Source: Hallerella sp. (GTDB lineage: Bacteria; Bacillota_I; Bacilli_A; RFN20; CAG-826). From it: a DNA stretch of 64,000 nucleotides. The notes under the pieces are model-generated. The model ran no database searches. It worked only from the letters and a program-made list of their open reading frames with translations, and was not told the DNA's origin. Both the position numbers and the translations under genes were made by a program. Location: positions 117,426 to 181,425 of the forward strand of contig CAVJFO010000015.1 in assembly GCA_963648925.1 (NCBI GenBank), in the 5' to 3' direction. This document shows, piece after piece, positions 1-11,654 of this stretch; the stretch's first letter is position 1; every line of letters starts with the position of its first letter.

Positions 1-794
1 CGTTAAAAGACTTTGCTCTTTTATACGAAGATAAAGATATAACTTCATATTTCGAATTGATTTTAGAGAAGATGTTTTCTTGCATCGAAAATGGTTTAAA
101 GAAAAACGGAAGAATCCCAACAAACAACAATCCTCGTTTAATCTGGGATAGATCTGCTGGCAAAATATATCAAAAAGCCCTGCAAATCCCCGATGAAAAT
201 AATAAAAGAGAGATGTTATTGACTGCTTATGCATACGCTACAGGAGAATCAAGCGCATCAGGAGAAGAAGTCGTCACCTCTCCAACATGTGGTTCATCTG
301 GCGTTCTTCCCGCTATTCTTTATTATGAGTATCATAATGAACATATTGAGAAAGAAAAACTCATAAATGCACTCTTTGTAGCAGGCATTTTTGGAAATAT
401 CGTAAAACAAAACGCTTCGATCGCTGGGGCTATTGGAGGTTGCCAAGCCGAAATTGGCACGGCCTCATCAATGGCTGCAGCCGCTTTATGCTACATTAAA
501 GGACTTGATCTTTTCTCCCAAGAGTATGCTGCCGAATGTGCTATGGAACATTTCCTTGGCCTTTCATGCGACCCGGTTGACGGATATGTTGTAATTCCTT
601 GTATCGAAAGAAATGGCATGGGCGTTTTACGTTCGTATGACGCATATTTATATGCCAAATACGTCGCACCTATACGTAAGAACCAAGTATCTTTTGACAA
701 TGTAGTTTCCGCTATGAAACTAACAGGAGACGCCCTTGAAGAAGCTTACAAAGAAACCGCTTTAGGCGGCTTAGCTAAAATACTAAAAGAGTAG
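1..794 (+). CDS. sdaAA: L-serine dehydratase, iron-sulfur-dependent, alpha subunit (5' partial; reading frame open from the window edge)
   Basis: The frame is open from position 3. Motifs GSSGVLPAILYY and AGAIGGCQAEIGTASSMAAAAL match the Fe-S L-serine dehydratase alpha chain. Confidence 0.85.
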   Translation, partial: LKDFALLYEDKDITSYFELILEKMFSCIENGLKKNGRIPTNNNPRLIWDRSAGKIYQKALQIPDENNKREMLLTAYAYATGESSASGEEVVTSPTCGSSGVLPAILYYEYHNEHIEKEKLINALFVAGIFGNIVKQNASIAGAIGGCQAEIGTASSMAAAALCYIKGLDLFSQEYAAECAMEHFLGLSCDPVDGYVVIPCIERNGMGVLRSYDAYLYAKYVAPIRKNQVSFDNVVSAMKLTGDALEEAYKETALGGLAKILKE

Positions 795-828
795 TATCTC
801 ACTTATTTTTGATATATACTCTTTCCCA

Positions 829-869
829 GCGTGTTCTATCCTCTGAACCACGCCTAAAAAACAAGGAGG
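829..869 (+). ncRNA. Putative preQ1-I riboswitch in the queT 5' leader
   Basis: Stem GCGUGUUC/GAA(C)CACGC with loop UAUCCUCU, followed by the tail CUAAAAAACAAGGAGG. Loop UCCU can pair with the Shine-Dalgarno AGGA to form a pseudoknot. The element lies immediately upstream of queT, a known preQ1-riboswitch target; a TATACT -10 sits at 815-820. Confidence 0.55.
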
Positions 870-877
870 TCAAGATC

Positions 878-1486
878 ATGGCCGATAATGATCAAAAACA
901 AGTCTCTTTCGAGACCCCATCTGAAACGGGTAACTCTCAGGAAAAAGGAAAGAAAAAGGCACGTATTGATACGCGCACTCTGATAATTTACATAACTCAG
1001 AATGCTCTTGTCGCAGCTATTTATTTCGTGTTGACGGCATTCACCCAGCCAATTTCTTTTGGCGCTATGCAAATCAGATTAGCTGAAGCGCTTGGATTGC
1101 TTTGCTTTTGGCGTCCAGATTTCGCAATTGGAATGACGCTTGGCTGTTTCTTAGCCAACGTTTATTCTTTCTCCCCATGGGATATGCTTTTAGGCTCCTT
1201 AGCCACGCTTGTCTCATGCTTATTAATTTCTTACGCTTCAAAATGGCTTTGGATGGGCATCATCTATCCAGTAGTCTTAAACGGATTAGTCGTTGGCGCG
1301 GAATTAACTTGGATATTTATGAATCCAGTTGGCACATATGTTGATTTTGCCGTTCAAGGCGGCTGGGTTGCTCTTGGCGAACTTGGCGCAATGGTGCTTG
1401 GCTATGTGCTATGGATGATTATTTGTAGACTGAAAATATTTAACAAGGTCTTCAAACCAGTCAGACATCAAGACGTAAAGTTCTAA
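878..1486 (+). CDS. queT: Queuosine precursor transporter QueT (ECF-type S component)
   Basis: Multi-pass membrane protein with QueT-family character. AAGGAGG RBS precedes ATG 878. It is the first gene of the que operon. Confidence 0.8.
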   Translation: MADNDQKQVSFETPSETGNSQEKGKKKARIDTRTLIIYITQNALVAAIYFVLTAFTQPISFGAMQIRLAEALGLLCFWRPDFAIGMTLGCFLANVYSFSPWDMLLGSLATLVSCLLISYASKWLWMGIIYPVVLNGLVVGAELTWIFMNPVGTYVDFAVQGGWVALGELGAMVLGYVLWMIICRLKIFNKVFKPVRHQDVKF

Positions 1487-1516
1487 CTTCTTTAAAAAAC
1501 GTTAGAATAGATATAA

Positions 1517-2659
<1,143 letters not shown>

Positions 2660-2661
2660 AT

Positions 2662-3720
2662 ATGGATATCAATTTATTTGATTATAATTTGCCTGAAGAA
2701 TTAATCGCTCAATCTCCAAAGGAAAAAAGAGATACCTGCAAATTGATGGTTTTAGACCGTGAGCACCAAACGCTTGAACATAAGATTTTTCATGACATTA
2801 TCGATTATCTAAAACCTGGCGATGTTTTAGTTAGAAACAACACAAAAGTTATTCCTGCACGTCTTTTAGGCGTAAAGAAAGAAACCGGAGGAGCCGTTGA
2901 GGTTCTCCTTTTAAAACAATTAGAAAATGATGTTTGGGAATGCTTAGTCGGAAATGCCCGTTCAGTTAGAGAAGGAACACATTGCGTATTTGGCGATGGC
3001 AAACTTGTTTGTGAATGCGTCAAAGTCAAAGACGAAGGCATACGTGACATGAAGTTCATTTACAAAGGCATATTTTTAGAAATCTTAGAACAATTAGGTC
3101 AGATGCCTTTGCCGCCATATATCAAAAAACAATGTTCAAATAACGACGAGTATCAAACAGTCTATGCCAAAGTTCCTGGCTCAGCTGCCGCTCCAACCGC
3201 TGGTTTCCATTTTACAAAAGAACTTTTTGATGAAATACGCGCTAAAGGGGTTGAAGTAGAAGACATTACTTTAAATATTGGCTTAGGGACTTTCCGTCCT
3301 GTTAAGGTTCAAGATACAAAAGACCACGTCATGCACTCTGAAGTTATTGAAATGAGCGAAGAAGTGGCGGCTCGTTTAAACAAAGCCAAACATGAACATA
3401 GACGCATCATCGCCATTGGCACAACCTCAATTAGAACCCTTGAGGCAATCTATGGCAAATATGGCGAATTCAAAGCCACTAGAGAACCAACAAGACTTTA
3501 TATCGAACCTGGCTATAAATTCTTAGCGGTTGATGCCGTAATTACAAATTTCCATCTTCCAAAATCGACATTAGTTGAACTTATATCTTCTTTTGCTGGT
3601 AGAAGTTTTGTTCTAAACGCCTACAAAGAAGCCGTCAAAGAAGAATATCGTTTCTTCTCTTTTGGCGATGCGATGTTCATTTATGGTGATAATTTCGATT
3701 ATTCGAAAGCGATTGACTGA
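2662..3720 (+). CDS. queA: S-adenosylmethionine:tRNA ribosyltransferase-isomerase
   Basis: N-terminus LFDYNLPEELIAQSP and the GTTS motif are typical of QueA. Only 3 nt separate it from tgt. Confidence 0.95.
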   Translation: MDINLFDYNLPEELIAQSPKEKRDTCKLMVLDREHQTLEHKIFHDIIDYLKPGDVLVRNNTKVIPARLLGVKKETGGAVEVLLLKQLENDVWECLVGNARSVREGTHCVFGDGKLVCECVKVKDEGIRDMKFIYKGIFLEILEQLGQMPLPPYIKKQCSNNDEYQTVYAKVPGSAAAPTAGFHFTKELFDEIRAKGVEVEDITLNIGLGTFRPVKVQDTKDHVMHSEVIEMSEEVAARLNKAKHEHRRIIAIGTTSIRTLEAIYGKYGEFKATREPTRLYIEPGYKFLAVDAVITNFHLPKSTLVELISSFAGRSFVLNAYKEAVKEEYRFFSFGDAMFIYGDNFDYSKAID

Positions 3721-3722
3721 TA

Positions 3723-4352
3723 ATGAAATCACATATCGTAAATCACAATTACTATCTTGAAAGCATCGAGGAAATAAAGAAATTTCCTTTAGATAAAAAA
3801 CCAACAATTCTTTTGCATGATTGCTGTGGCCCATGCGCTTGTTTTCCTTTGCTTTTCCTTTGCAAACATTTTGACGTAACAATTTACTACACGAATTCAA
3901 ATATCAACACAGAAGAAGAATTTAACAAAAGACTAAAAGAAGTAGAACGCTTAATCCAATATCTAAAAGACACCTGGGGATATGAAGTTAAGCTAGTTGT
4001 TTCGTCTTATAACCATGAAGAATATATAAAAGATCTTATCCCATTTTCTTCCTTGCCTGAATGTTCGTTCCGTTGCCATCTTTGTTACCGTAAAAGAATG
4101 GAAGAATCTTTTAATTATGCGGATGAACACAATTTTGATTACTTTACGACGGTTATGACTATCTCTCGTCAAAAATCTTCAAAAATCATGAATGATATTG
4201 GCAAAGAATTAGCGTCCCATCACAAGACTAAATATTTTTTCTCCGACTTTAAAAAGAACGGCGGGATTGATAAAGGCGTTCAGCTACGTAACGACCTAGG
4301 CTTATATTGTCAAAATTATTGTGGGTGTGAATTTAGCATAAGAAACAATTAA
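3723..4352 (+). CDS. queH: Epoxyqueuosine reductase QueH (DUF208 family)
   Basis: Cys motifs DCCGPCAC and CQNYCGCEF are characteristic of QueH. Tightly linked to queA. Confidence 0.8.
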   Translation: MKSHIVNHNYYLESIEEIKKFPLDKKPTILLHDCCGPCACFPLLFLCKHFDVTIYYTNSNINTEEEFNKRLKEVERLIQYLKDTWGYEVKLVVSSYNHEEYIKDLIPFSSLPECSFRCHLCYRKRMEESFNYADEHNFDYFTTVMTISRQKSSKIMNDIGKELASHHKTKYFFSDFKKNGGIDKGVQLRNDLGLYCQNYCGCEFSIRNN

Positions 4353-4376
4353 CTGTAACAGATGTCACTAATCAAC

Positions 4377-4404
4377 TTGTAATGTTGCTGTTTTAAGTTA
4401 TAAT
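4377..4404 (+). promoter_or_regulatory. Sigma-A-type promoter (TTGTAA-16-TATAAT)
   Basis: -35 element at 4377-4382 and -10 element at 4399-4404, upstream of the small ORF and lipoprotein pair. Confidence 0.45.
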
Positions 4405-4431
4405 TTAGGTATTATTAGTGAGGAAATTTTT

Positions 4432-4653
4432 ATGAATCTCATTGTAATAACGGTGTTTTTGTCTATTTGTTTCTCAATTTTACTATATTCTTTTCTCTAC
4501 TGGAGCATTGTTGTTAGCTGGGGATGCAATTATTCATACGACGAAACCAGTCATTCATGCACATGGACGGGGATAAAAGGGGATATGAACGCTTGCATTT
4601 ATGTCGCTGATTCTCAATATGTAAAAAATAGTTGGACGCTTCAAAGGAAATGA
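4432..4653 (+). CDS. Small hypothetical membrane protein (73 aa)
   Basis: GAGGAAA RBS 7 nt upstream. N-terminal transmembrane helix. No recognisable family. Confidence 0.35.
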   Translation: MNLIVITVFLSICFSILLYSFLYWSIVVSWGCNYSYDETSHSCTWTGIKGDMNACIYVADSQYVKNSWTLQRK

Positions 4654-4658
4654 ATGTT

Positions 4659-5396
4659 ATGAAAAATAAATTAATATTTTTAATGCTGCCATTCCTTCTT
4701 GGGTCCTGCAACGAATACATATGTAAAGGCAAAAGCGATTATAAACCGTCAAACTTTGTTTCGTTTTTTCGGAATAAAGAAATTTTAACTGATAAAATTG
4801 CCTATCTTTATAAAGATCCCGGAAGCGAAGGCTTGTTAGTGGAAAATAATAGTTGTGGATGTTTTAAATCTGTCGATTCAGATAGGATTATTGGAGTTTT
4901 GGAAGGACATGCATGCAATTATTATGTTGCAACTGGCGCTTCCACTTTAACTAAAGATGATAATACAATCGAAATGCAACTAGATTCGAATTTATCGGTC
5001 AATGATGTAGCGTTAAAATTTTTTGAAAAATTAGAAATAACGCCAGTTTTTTCTAGCAATGACATGCTATTAGCTGTTGGAGAATATTTTTTAAAAAAAG
5101 ATGGCTGGGAATATATACCGTGTCTTTACTATCACAGCATCGCTCTTTACGTTTATGAGGAAGATTTAGAAGAAGATGTTTCTTTGCAAAATAATATAAA
5201 AAAACTTCTCGGAAACGATGAAGATGAATATTTCGCGTGGAAAGAGACCTGCTACCATGGATTTAGTGATAGTTTTGCTATTACAATTGGCATGAATAGC
5301 GATGAAACCAAACTTGAGCCAGAAATGGCGCTCGGCTCAATTAGGCTTACCTTTCCAAAAGATTCAGAGAAACTTGGTTGGAAATACCTTGTGTAA
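4659..5396 (+). CDS. Hypothetical Cys-rich lipoprotein
   Basis: Signal peptide with lipobox LLGSC. Eight Cys in the mature part. No recognised domain. Confidence 0.6.
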   Translation: MKNKLIFLMLPFLLGSCNEYICKGKSDYKPSNFVSFFRNKEILTDKIAYLYKDPGSEGLLVENNSCGCFKSVDSDRIIGVLEGHACNYYVATGASTLTKDDNTIEMQLDSNLSVNDVALKFFEKLEITPVFSSNDMLLAVGEYFLKKDGWEYIPCLYYHSIALYVYEEDLEEDVSLQNNIKKLLGNDEDEYFAWKETCYHGFSDSFAITIGMNSDETKLEPEMALGSIRLTFPKDSEKLGWKYLV

Positions 5397-5563
5397 AAAA
5401 GTCATTTGAAATTCTATTTTTAACAGGATGAATATGTCATTATTTGTGCACCATGCATAAATATTTTAGATGTTTTTTGAATGAAAATTAACAAAATACC
5501 GATAAATAGTGGATTTTTTCAAAAACAATAGATAACACCTATATTTTCGGTCAAAAAAAGTTG

Positions 5564-5592
5564 TTGACTACGTATACGCGTAGAGAGATAAT
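5564..5592 (+). promoter_or_regulatory. S10 operon promoter (TTGACT-17-GATAAT) followed by a ~130-nt leader
   Basis: -35 at 5564-5569, -10 at 5587-5592. A near-palindrome CTACG-N6-CGTAG lies in the spacer. Confidence 0.5.
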
Positions 5593-5725
5593 TTTTCACG
5601 CTGACGCAAGCAAGGAAGTGCGATGTTGCTGACACACCGATACACGTTGTCTAGTAACGGCTTAGTCGGGAAACTCGCATGGAGCCCAAATCAAGCAAGC
5701 CTGGTGAAAACAAGGAGGAAAAATC

Positions 5726-6040
5726 ATGGCGAAACAACAAGTCCTGCGTATCAGATTGCAGGCTTACGACCACAAGATTATTGATGTCGCAGCCGAAAAA
5801 ATCATTGAAGTCGCAGACAAAACCGGCGCCAAAGTCATTGGCCCAGTACCTCTCCCAACGGAGAAACAAGTGTACACAATCTTAAGAGCTACCTTCAAAT
5901 ACAAGGATAGCCGCGAACAATTTGAAATCCGTACACACAAGAGATTGATCGATGTTGTCAATCCAACAAAAGAAACAGTCGAAGCCATTCGTAAGCTTCA
6001 CTTACCTAACGGCGTCGATATCGATGTCACAGCGAAGTAA
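5726..6040 (+). CDS. rpsJ: 30S ribosomal protein S10
   Basis: Strong similarity to S10 ([27 protein letters not shown]). GGAGG RBS. Confidence 0.97.
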   Translation: MAKQQVLRIRLQAYDHKIIDVAAEKIIEVADKTGAKVIGPVPLPTEKQVYTILRATFKYKDSREQFEIRTHKRLIDVVNPTKETVEAIRKLHLPNGVDIDVTAK

Positions 6041-6054
6041 GGAGGAAAACATTC

Positions 6055-6738
6055 ATGAAATCCATTATCGGAAGAAAAATTGGAATGACCGAAGTCTTCG
6101 CAACTGATGGAACAATGTATCCAGTCACTGTCATCGAAGTCCTTCCAAACGTTGTCGTTGCTAAAAAGACAACCGAAAAAGATGGCTATGAAGCATTACA
6201 AGTTGGCTATGAACCAATCGCTGAACGCCGTCTCAATAAATGCGAATTAGGCATTTATAAAAAATCCAACGTTGCTACACACGCACATTTATATGAATTA
6301 AAGGGCGAAGAGATTTATTCCAAGAACGTTGGCGAAACCCTCACAGCTGATTTATTCCAAGCTGGTGAAGTGGTTGACGTTATCGGTACAACCAAAGGAC
6401 ATGGTTACACCGGCGTCATCAAGAGATATCACAAACACATCGGTCCAAAAGGCCATGGTTCCGGATATCACAGACAAATTGGTTCACTTGCCAATAACGG
6501 CCGTTGCAATAACCGCGTTATCCCAGGCAAGGTCATGTCTGGACATTGGGGCCCACATCAAGCGACACTCCAAAATATCACCGTCGTTGCTTCCAATGCT
6601 GAAAAAGGATACATCCTTGTTAAAGGTGGTGTCCCAGGACCAAAAAAATCGATCGTTATGATCAGAAGCGCGATCTTAGAACAATTCAGAAAACCAGAAG
6701 TTAAAGAATTAATTGATCGCAGCAAGAAAGGAGAATAA
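6055..6738 (+). CDS. rplC: 50S ribosomal protein L3
   Basis: L3 N-terminus GRKIGMT.VF..G...PVTVIE. Conserved operon position. Confidence 0.97.
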   Translation: MKSIIGRKIGMTEVFATDGTMYPVTVIEVLPNVVVAKKTTEKDGYEALQVGYEPIAERRLNKCELGIYKKSNVATHAHLYELKGEEIYSKNVGETLTADLFQAGEVVDVIGTTKGHGYTGVIKRYHKHIGPKGHGSGYHRQIGSLANNGRCNNRVIPGKVMSGHWGPHQATLQNITVVASNAEKGYILVKGGVPGPKKSIVMIRSAILEQFRKPEVKELIDRSKKGE

Positions 6739-6743
6739 GAATT

Positions 6744-7376
6744 ATGGCAACAAAAGCAATTACTCTCCCAGTCGTTTCATTAGCAGGCGAAAAAGTCGGC
6801 GAAGTCGAACTCTCTAACGAAGTCTTCGGCATCACCGCTAAGAATGAACAAGTCGTTCATGATGCTGCCGTTGCTGAAGAAGCAAACTATCGCCAAGCAA
6901 CTGCCAAAACCAAAAAACGTCACGAAGTTAGTGGCGGTGGCAAAAAGCCTTGGAGACAAAAAGGAACCGGCCGTGCTCGTGCAGGTTCTAGCCGTTCACC
7001 TATCTGGGTCGGCGGCGGTAAGGTCTTCGGACCAGATGGAAACCAAAACTATACGGTTTCCCAAAACAAGAAAGCTCACGCACTTGCCCTTAAGACTGTT
7101 CTCTCTCAAAAGGTCAACAATGGCTTAATCGTCATTGACGAAATCAAGGCTGACAAAGTTTCCACAAAAGACTTCAAAGCCAATTTAGCAAGTGTCAAAG
7201 CCGAGGGCAAAGTTCTTCTTGTCACATCTGATGAGAAGGTTATCTTAAGCGCCAAAAACATTGATCGCTTAGAATTCCGTGCTGTCAACAACATCAGCGT
7301 CTACGATGTCCTCAATGCAAATGTCTTAGTTATTTCTAAGAAAGACATTGAAACCCTTGAAGGAGGACTTAAATAA
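6744..7376 (+). CDS. rplD: 50S ribosomal protein L4
   Basis: L4 family. Conserved operon position. Confidence 0.95.
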   Translation: MATKAITLPVVSLAGEKVGEVELSNEVFGITAKNEQVVHDAAVAEEANYRQATAKTKKRHEVSGGGKKPWRQKGTGRARAGSSRSPIWVGGGKVFGPDGNQNYTVSQNKKAHALALKTVLSQKVNNGLIVIDEIKADKVSTKDFKANLASVKAEGKVLLVTSDEKVILSAKNIDRLEFRAVNNISVYDVLNANVLVISKKDIETLEGGLK

Positions 7377-7726
7377 TGGCAGCCAAGAAGAAAGTCGAAA
7401 CAGTTGAAGAAACAAAGAAAACATTTGCTTCCCCAACCCATCATGACTATGAAGTTATCCTTGAACCAGTCATCACCGAAAAGAGCATGGCTCTTCTCCA
7501 AAATGAAAACAAGATCACCCTTAAAGTTGCATCTAGCGCCAATAAGACATCTATCAAGGAAAGCTTCCAACGCTTATATCAAGTAAGCGTCGATGATGTT
7601 AAAGTCATCAACGTTCTTGCTAAGAGCACAACCAGAGGCGGCCGCTATCAAGGCCACATCTCTGGATATAAGAAGGCCATCATCACCATTCATGAAGGTG
7701 AAGCGATTGACCTCTTCAAAGAGTAA
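7376..7726 (+). CDS. rplW: 50S ribosomal protein L23
   Basis: L23 family. TAATG overlap with rplD. Confidence 0.93.
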   Translation: MAAKKKVETVEETKKTFASPTHHDYEVILEPVITEKSMALLQNENKITLKVASSANKTSIKESFQRLYQVSVDDVKVINVLAKSTTRGGRYQGHISGYKKAIITIHEGEAIDLFKE

Positions 7727-7796
7727 GGAAACACCGTTAAGCCTCATATATCCTTATATATAGACTTATAAAGAATCCACTATAGGAGAAAAGACA

Positions 7797-8630
7797 ATGG
7801 CAATCAAAACTTATAAGCCATATACGAAATCGAGACGCGAAATGGTCACCCTTTCGTATGAAGACATCACAAAAACCACTCCTGAAAAATCATTACTTGC
7901 CCCTAAGAAACACACTGGTGGCCGTAACAATCAAGGAGTCATCACCTGCCGTCATCACGGTGGTGGAAACAAAAACCGTTATAGAATCATCGACTTCCGT
8001 CGTAACAAAGATGGAATCCCAGCAACAGTCAAAGCGATTGAATACGATCCAAACCGTACCGCATTCATCGCCTTACTTAGCTATGCTGATGGCGAAAAAC
8101 GCTACATCATCAGACCAAAGGATCTCAATGTCGGAACGACCATCATCTCTGGAGCAACAACTGATATCAAGACAGGAAACAATCTTGAATTAAGAAATAT
8201 CCCAGAAGGTACATTTGTTCACAACGTTGAACTTATGCCAGGAAAAGGCGGACAACTCTGCCGTGCTGCTGGTACAGGCGCACAAATCCTCGGCTCCGAT
8301 GGCAAATACGTCATCATCCGTTTAGCTTCTGGTGAAGTTAGAAAAGTCTTAGGCGTTTGCCGTGCAACAATCGGTATCGTCGGTAACGAAGACTACAACC
8401 TCGTTAACAGAGGTAAAGCTGGTAAAACCCGCTATAAGGGCATCCGCCCAACCGTCCGTGGTTCAGTCATGAACCCAGTCGATCACCCTCACGGTGGTGG
8501 TGAAGGCAAATGTCCAGTCGGACGTAATGCACCACGTACCCCATGGGGTAAGAAAGCAATGGGCGTTAAGACCCGTCGCGTTAAGAAGAATTCCACACGC
8601 CTCATCGTAAGACGTAGAAATTCTAAATAA
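7797..8630 (+). CDS. rplB: 50S ribosomal protein L2
   Basis: L2 signature HPHGGGEG plus RNA-binding regions. Confidence 0.97.
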   Translation: MAIKTYKPYTKSRREMVTLSYEDITKTTPEKSLLAPKKHTGGRNNQGVITCRHHGGGNKNRYRIIDFRRNKDGIPATVKAIEYDPNRTAFIALLSYADGEKRYIIRPKDLNVGTTIISGATTDIKTGNNLELRNIPEGTFVHNVELMPGKGGQLCRAAGTGAQILGSDGKYVIIRLASGEVRKVLGVCRATIGIVGNEDYNLVNRGKAGKTRYKGIRPTVRGSVMNPVDHPHGGGEGKCPVGRNAPRTPWGKKAMGVKTRRVKKNSTRLIVRRRNSK

Positions 8631-8647
8631 GGAAAGGAGATCAAAAT

Positions 8648-8935
8648 ATGTCTCGTTCAGCTAAAAAAGGACCATTTGTTGACGAATACCTTCTCAAAAA
8701 GGTTGAAGCCATCAAGAAATCCGGCAAAAAAGAGGTCATCAAAACTTGGTCTCGCCGCTCGACAATCTATCCAGCATTCGTCGAACAAACCTTCGCTGTT
8801 TATAATGGCAAGGAACACATCACAGTCTATGTCACAGAAGATATGGTTGGACACAAACTTGGCGAATTCGCCCCAACCCGTACCTTCCCTGGTCACCATG
8901 GCAACAACCTCAATGACCAAGCAGCTAAGAAATAA
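8648..8935 (+). CDS. rpsS: 30S ribosomal protein S19
   Basis: S19 N-terminus [11 protein letters not shown]. Confidence 0.97.
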   Translation: MSRSAKKGPFVDEYLLKKVEAIKKSGKKEVIKTWSRRSTIYPAFVEQTFAVYNGKEHITVYVTEDMVGHKLGEFAPTRTFPGHHGNNLNDQAAKK

Positions 8936-8945
8936 GGAGTAGATT

Positions 8946-9455
8946 ATGGCAGAAGAAAAGAAAACCGTAAAGAAAGCTCCAGCCAAGAAAGCTGCAGCTC
9001 CAAAGGCCAAGAAAGAAACTGTTAAAGAAGAAGTCAAGGCCACTGAAGTAAAAGAAACAAAGAAAGCTTCCAAGAAAGCAGTCAAGGCCGAACCTGTTAA
9101 AGAAGAAAAGCCAGCTGTTACCGAAGCTCTTGCCGTTGCAAAAGACGTTCGTGTCACCCCACGCAAAGTTCGCTTAGTTATCGATCTTGTCCGTGGCAAA
9201 GATGTCGACGAAGCTCTCGCAATCCTCAAGAATGTCAACCGTGCTGCTAGCGCACCAGTCTACAAGATCATCAAATCTGCAGCTGCTAACGCTACCAACA
9301 ACTTCGGAATGGATGGCAACAAATTATATGTTGCTGAAATCCAAGCTTCCGATGGCATCAAGATGAAGAGATTCATGCCACGTGGCAAAGGATCTTCTTC
9401 CGGATTAGTCAAGAGAACAGCAAATATCCGCTGCATCGTCAAAGAAAGAAATTAA
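8946..9455 (+). CDS. rplV: 50S ribosomal protein L22 with a ~60-aa Lys/Ala-rich N-terminal extension
   Basis: Canonical L22 core (RVTPRKVRLVIDLVRGK...). N-terminal KA-rich extension begins [11 protein letters not shown]. Confidence 0.93.
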   Translation: MAEEKKTVKKAPAKKAAAPKAKKETVKEEVKATEVKETKKASKKAVKAEPVKEEKPAVTEALAVAKDVRVTPRKVRLVIDLVRGKDVDEALAILKNVNRAASAPVYKIIKSAAANATNNFGMDGNKLYVAEIQASDGIKMKRFMPRGKGSSSGLVKRTANIRCIVKERN

Positions 9456-9468
9456 GGAGAGTAAACTA

Positions 9469-10176
9469 ATGGGTCAAAAAGTTAACGCTAACGGTCTCCG
9501 TGTTGGAATTAACCGTGGCTGGGAAGCCAATTGGTTTGCTTCCAAAAAAGACTACGCGACATTCTTAGGCGAAGACATCGCCATTCGTAACTACTTAGAA
9601 CCTCTTCTCAAAGAAGCGGTTGTAAGCCACATCGATATCGCTCGTAGCAAAAATGACAAAGGCTCAACTGTTATAATCAACGCCTTCGTCGCTCGTCCAG
9701 GTGTCATTCTTGGACAAGACAACACAAAAATCGCCGCTATCAACAAAGGCTTAAAGAAAGTTGTCAAATCCGGTGTTGCTACCCTCAACCTCGTTGAAGT
9801 TAAAAACCCAGATCTCGACGCAACTTTAATTGCCAAGTGGATCGCTTCCGAAATTGAAAATCGTCAATCTTTCCGTTCTACGCAAAAGAAGGCGATTCAA
9901 AGAATGAAAAAGGCTGGCGCACTCGGTTGCAAAACCCAATGCCAAGGCCGTCTTGCCGGTGCTGAAATTGCCCGCCGCGAAGGTTACAAAGTTGGTGTCG
10001 TACCACTCGAAACACTTCGTGCCGACATCGATTATGCATCCGTCACAGCCAATACCGCTTATGGCGATATCGGTATCAAAGTATGGATCTGCCGTTCTGC
10101 TAACACAGCCAAAGCGGTAGAAACCGAAGATAAGAAAGAAGGAGGACATGACAATGTTGCAACCAAAGCGCGTTAA
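9469..10176 (+). CDS. rpsC: 30S ribosomal protein S3 (with a short C-terminal extension)
   Basis: S3 N-terminus MGQKVN.NGLRVGI and a KH domain. Confidence 0.96.
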   Translation: MGQKVNANGLRVGINRGWEANWFASKKDYATFLGEDIAIRNYLEPLLKEAVVSHIDIARSKNDKGSTVIINAFVARPGVILGQDNTKIAAINKGLKKVVKSGVATLNLVEVKNPDLDATLIAKWIASEIENRQSFRSTQKKAIQRMKKAGALGCKTQCQGRLAGAEIARREGYKVGVVPLETLRADIDYASVTANTAYGDIGIKVWICRSANTAKAVETEDKKEGGHDNVATKAR

Positions 10177-10702
10177 GTATCGTCGTCCACACAGACTCTC
10201 CTATGAAGGCGTTGCCTCCAAAGGAAATGAAGTCGAATTCGGTGAATACGGCCTTGCCGCAACCGAAGGTGGATATCTTGACAATCACCAAATTGAATCC
10301 GCTCGTATCGTTTTAGCAAAATATACTGATAGAACCGGAAAAGTTTGGATCAGAGTCTTCCCTCACTTAGCAAGAACTAAGAAACCAGCCGAAGTCCGTA
10401 TGGGTTCCGGTAAAGGTTCACCAGAGAGCTGGGCAGCAGTCGTTAAGAAAGGCAGAGTCATCTTCGAGATTGGCGGAGTCAATCCAGAAGTTGCCATCAA
10501 AGCCCTTCACCAAGCCGGCTTCAAGCTCCCACTCAACACAAAAATCGTTAAGAGAACAAAAACCTTAAGCAATGCTGAATTACTTAAGATGGAAGAACAA
10601 CATGCTTCCTCTCTTGAACAAATCGAAGCTGAAGATCAAATCGAAACTGTCTCTGATACAGGAAATGAGACTCCAGCAACAACTGAAGGGGGAAATAAAT
10701 AA
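10154..10702 (+). CDS. rplP: 50S ribosomal protein L16 with a ~40-aa acidic C-terminal extension
   Basis: Canonical [11 protein letters not shown] start. AAGGAGG sits 10 nt upstream of ATG 10154. Overlaps the rpsC 3' end by 23 nt. Confidence 0.93.
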   Translation: MLQPKRVKYRRPHRLSYEGVASKGNEVEFGEYGLAATEGGYLDNHQIESARIVLAKYTDRTGKVWIRVFPHLARTKKPAEVRMGSGKGSPESWAAVVKKGRVIFEIGGVNPEVAIKALHQAGFKLPLNTKIVKRTKTLSNAELLKMEEQHASSLEQIEAEDQIETVSDTGNETPATTEGGNK

Positions 10703-10914
10703 TGACCATTAAAGAATTAAGGGCCTTGTCCCCAAAAGAGCTCGAAGAAAAGATTGCTGAATTAAAGCAACATCAATTCGAACTTCGTCGTCAAGCAGCC
10801 GTCGGACAATTAGAACATCCAGATGACTTGCACTTCGTCCGTAAGGACATTGCTAAAGCTGAAACCGTTAAACGCGAGAGAGAACTCCAAATTAACGCTT
10901 CAGAAAGCAAATAA
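10702..10914 (+). CDS. rpmC: 50S ribosomal protein L29
   Basis: L29 family (LR.LS..EL..K...LK.ELF.LR.Q.A.GQLE). Confidence 0.93.
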   Translation: MTIKELRALSPKELEEKIAELKQHQFELRRQAAVGQLEHPDDLHFVRKDIAKAETVKRERELQINASESK

Positions 10915-10932
10915 TGAAAGGAGACCACAAAC

Positions 10933-11271
10933 ATGGAAAGAAATACAAGAACAAAATTCCAAGGTGTTGTTACCTCAGTTAAAATGGATAAAACCATCAC
11001 TGTCACGGTTTCCACCAAACAAAATGATCCCCTTTATCAAAAGAGAGTCGGATATTCTAAGAAATATCACGCTCATGATGAAAAGAACGCCGCCAAAGTT
11101 GGTGACGTTGTAACCATCATGTCCTGCCGCCCTATCTCCAAAACAAAGAAATTTATCTTAGTTTCCATCGATAAGGCAGCAGAAAGTGGCGTCAACGCCA
11201 ATGATGTCGAAGCCGCACTCGAAAAGAGCGAAGGTTCTGACGAAATCGTTAAAACAGAAGAGGAGAAATAA
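10933..11271 (+). CDS. rpsQ: 30S ribosomal protein S17 with an acidic C-terminal extension
   Basis: S17 core ([14 protein letters not shown]......PLY.KRV..SKKY.AHDE). Confidence 0.95.
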   Translation: MERNTRTKFQGVVTSVKMDKTITVTVSTKQNDPLYQKRVGYSKKYHAHDEKNAAKVGDVVTIMSCRPISKTKKFILVSIDKAAESGVNANDVEAALEKSEGSDEIVKTEEEK

Positions 11272-11273
11272 GC

Positions 11274-11642
11274 ATGATCCACAATGAAACTAATCTTGTA
11301 GTCGCTGATAACTCCGGTGCTCGTGCAGTCCGTGTCTTCCGCCTTTATGGTGGATCCCACCGCAAAATGAGCTCCATTGGAGATGTCGTCCTCTGCGCTG
11401 TTAAAGACGTTACCCCAAACGGCAAGATCAAAAAAGGTCAAGTCGTCAAAGGTGTCATCGTGAGAGTTAAACGCGCTGTCATCCGTAAAGATGGTTCTTC
11501 CATCTCCTTCGATGATAATGCTGTCGTTCTCATTGATAATGACGGAAACCCACTTGGAACACGTGTCTTCGGACCTGTTGCTCGTGAACTTCGTGACAAA
11601 GGCTATATGAAGATTATCTCTTTAGCCCCAGAAGTCTTATAA
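11274..11642 (+). CDS. rplN: 50S ribosomal protein L14
   Basis: L14 N-terminus [13 protein letters not shown]. Confidence 0.97.
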   Translation: MIHNETNLVVADNSGARAVRVFRLYGGSHRKMSSIGDVVLCAVKDVTPNGKIKKGQVVKGVIVRVKRAVIRKDGSSISFDDNAVVLIDNDGNPLGTRVFGPVARELRDKGYMKIISLAPEVL

Positions 11643-11654
11643 GGAGAAAACAAC

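Noticed and set aside
1102-1344. 80-aa plus-strand ORF inside queT
   Set aside because: Alternative frame of a well-supported membrane protein gene. Shadow ORF.
8657-9238. 193-aa minus-strand ORF antisense to rpsS-rplV
   Set aside because: It is the reverse complement of Lys/Ala-rich ribosomal protein coding sequence, giving a Phe/Leu/Ser-rich low-complexity artefact. It is fully embedded in high-confidence genes.
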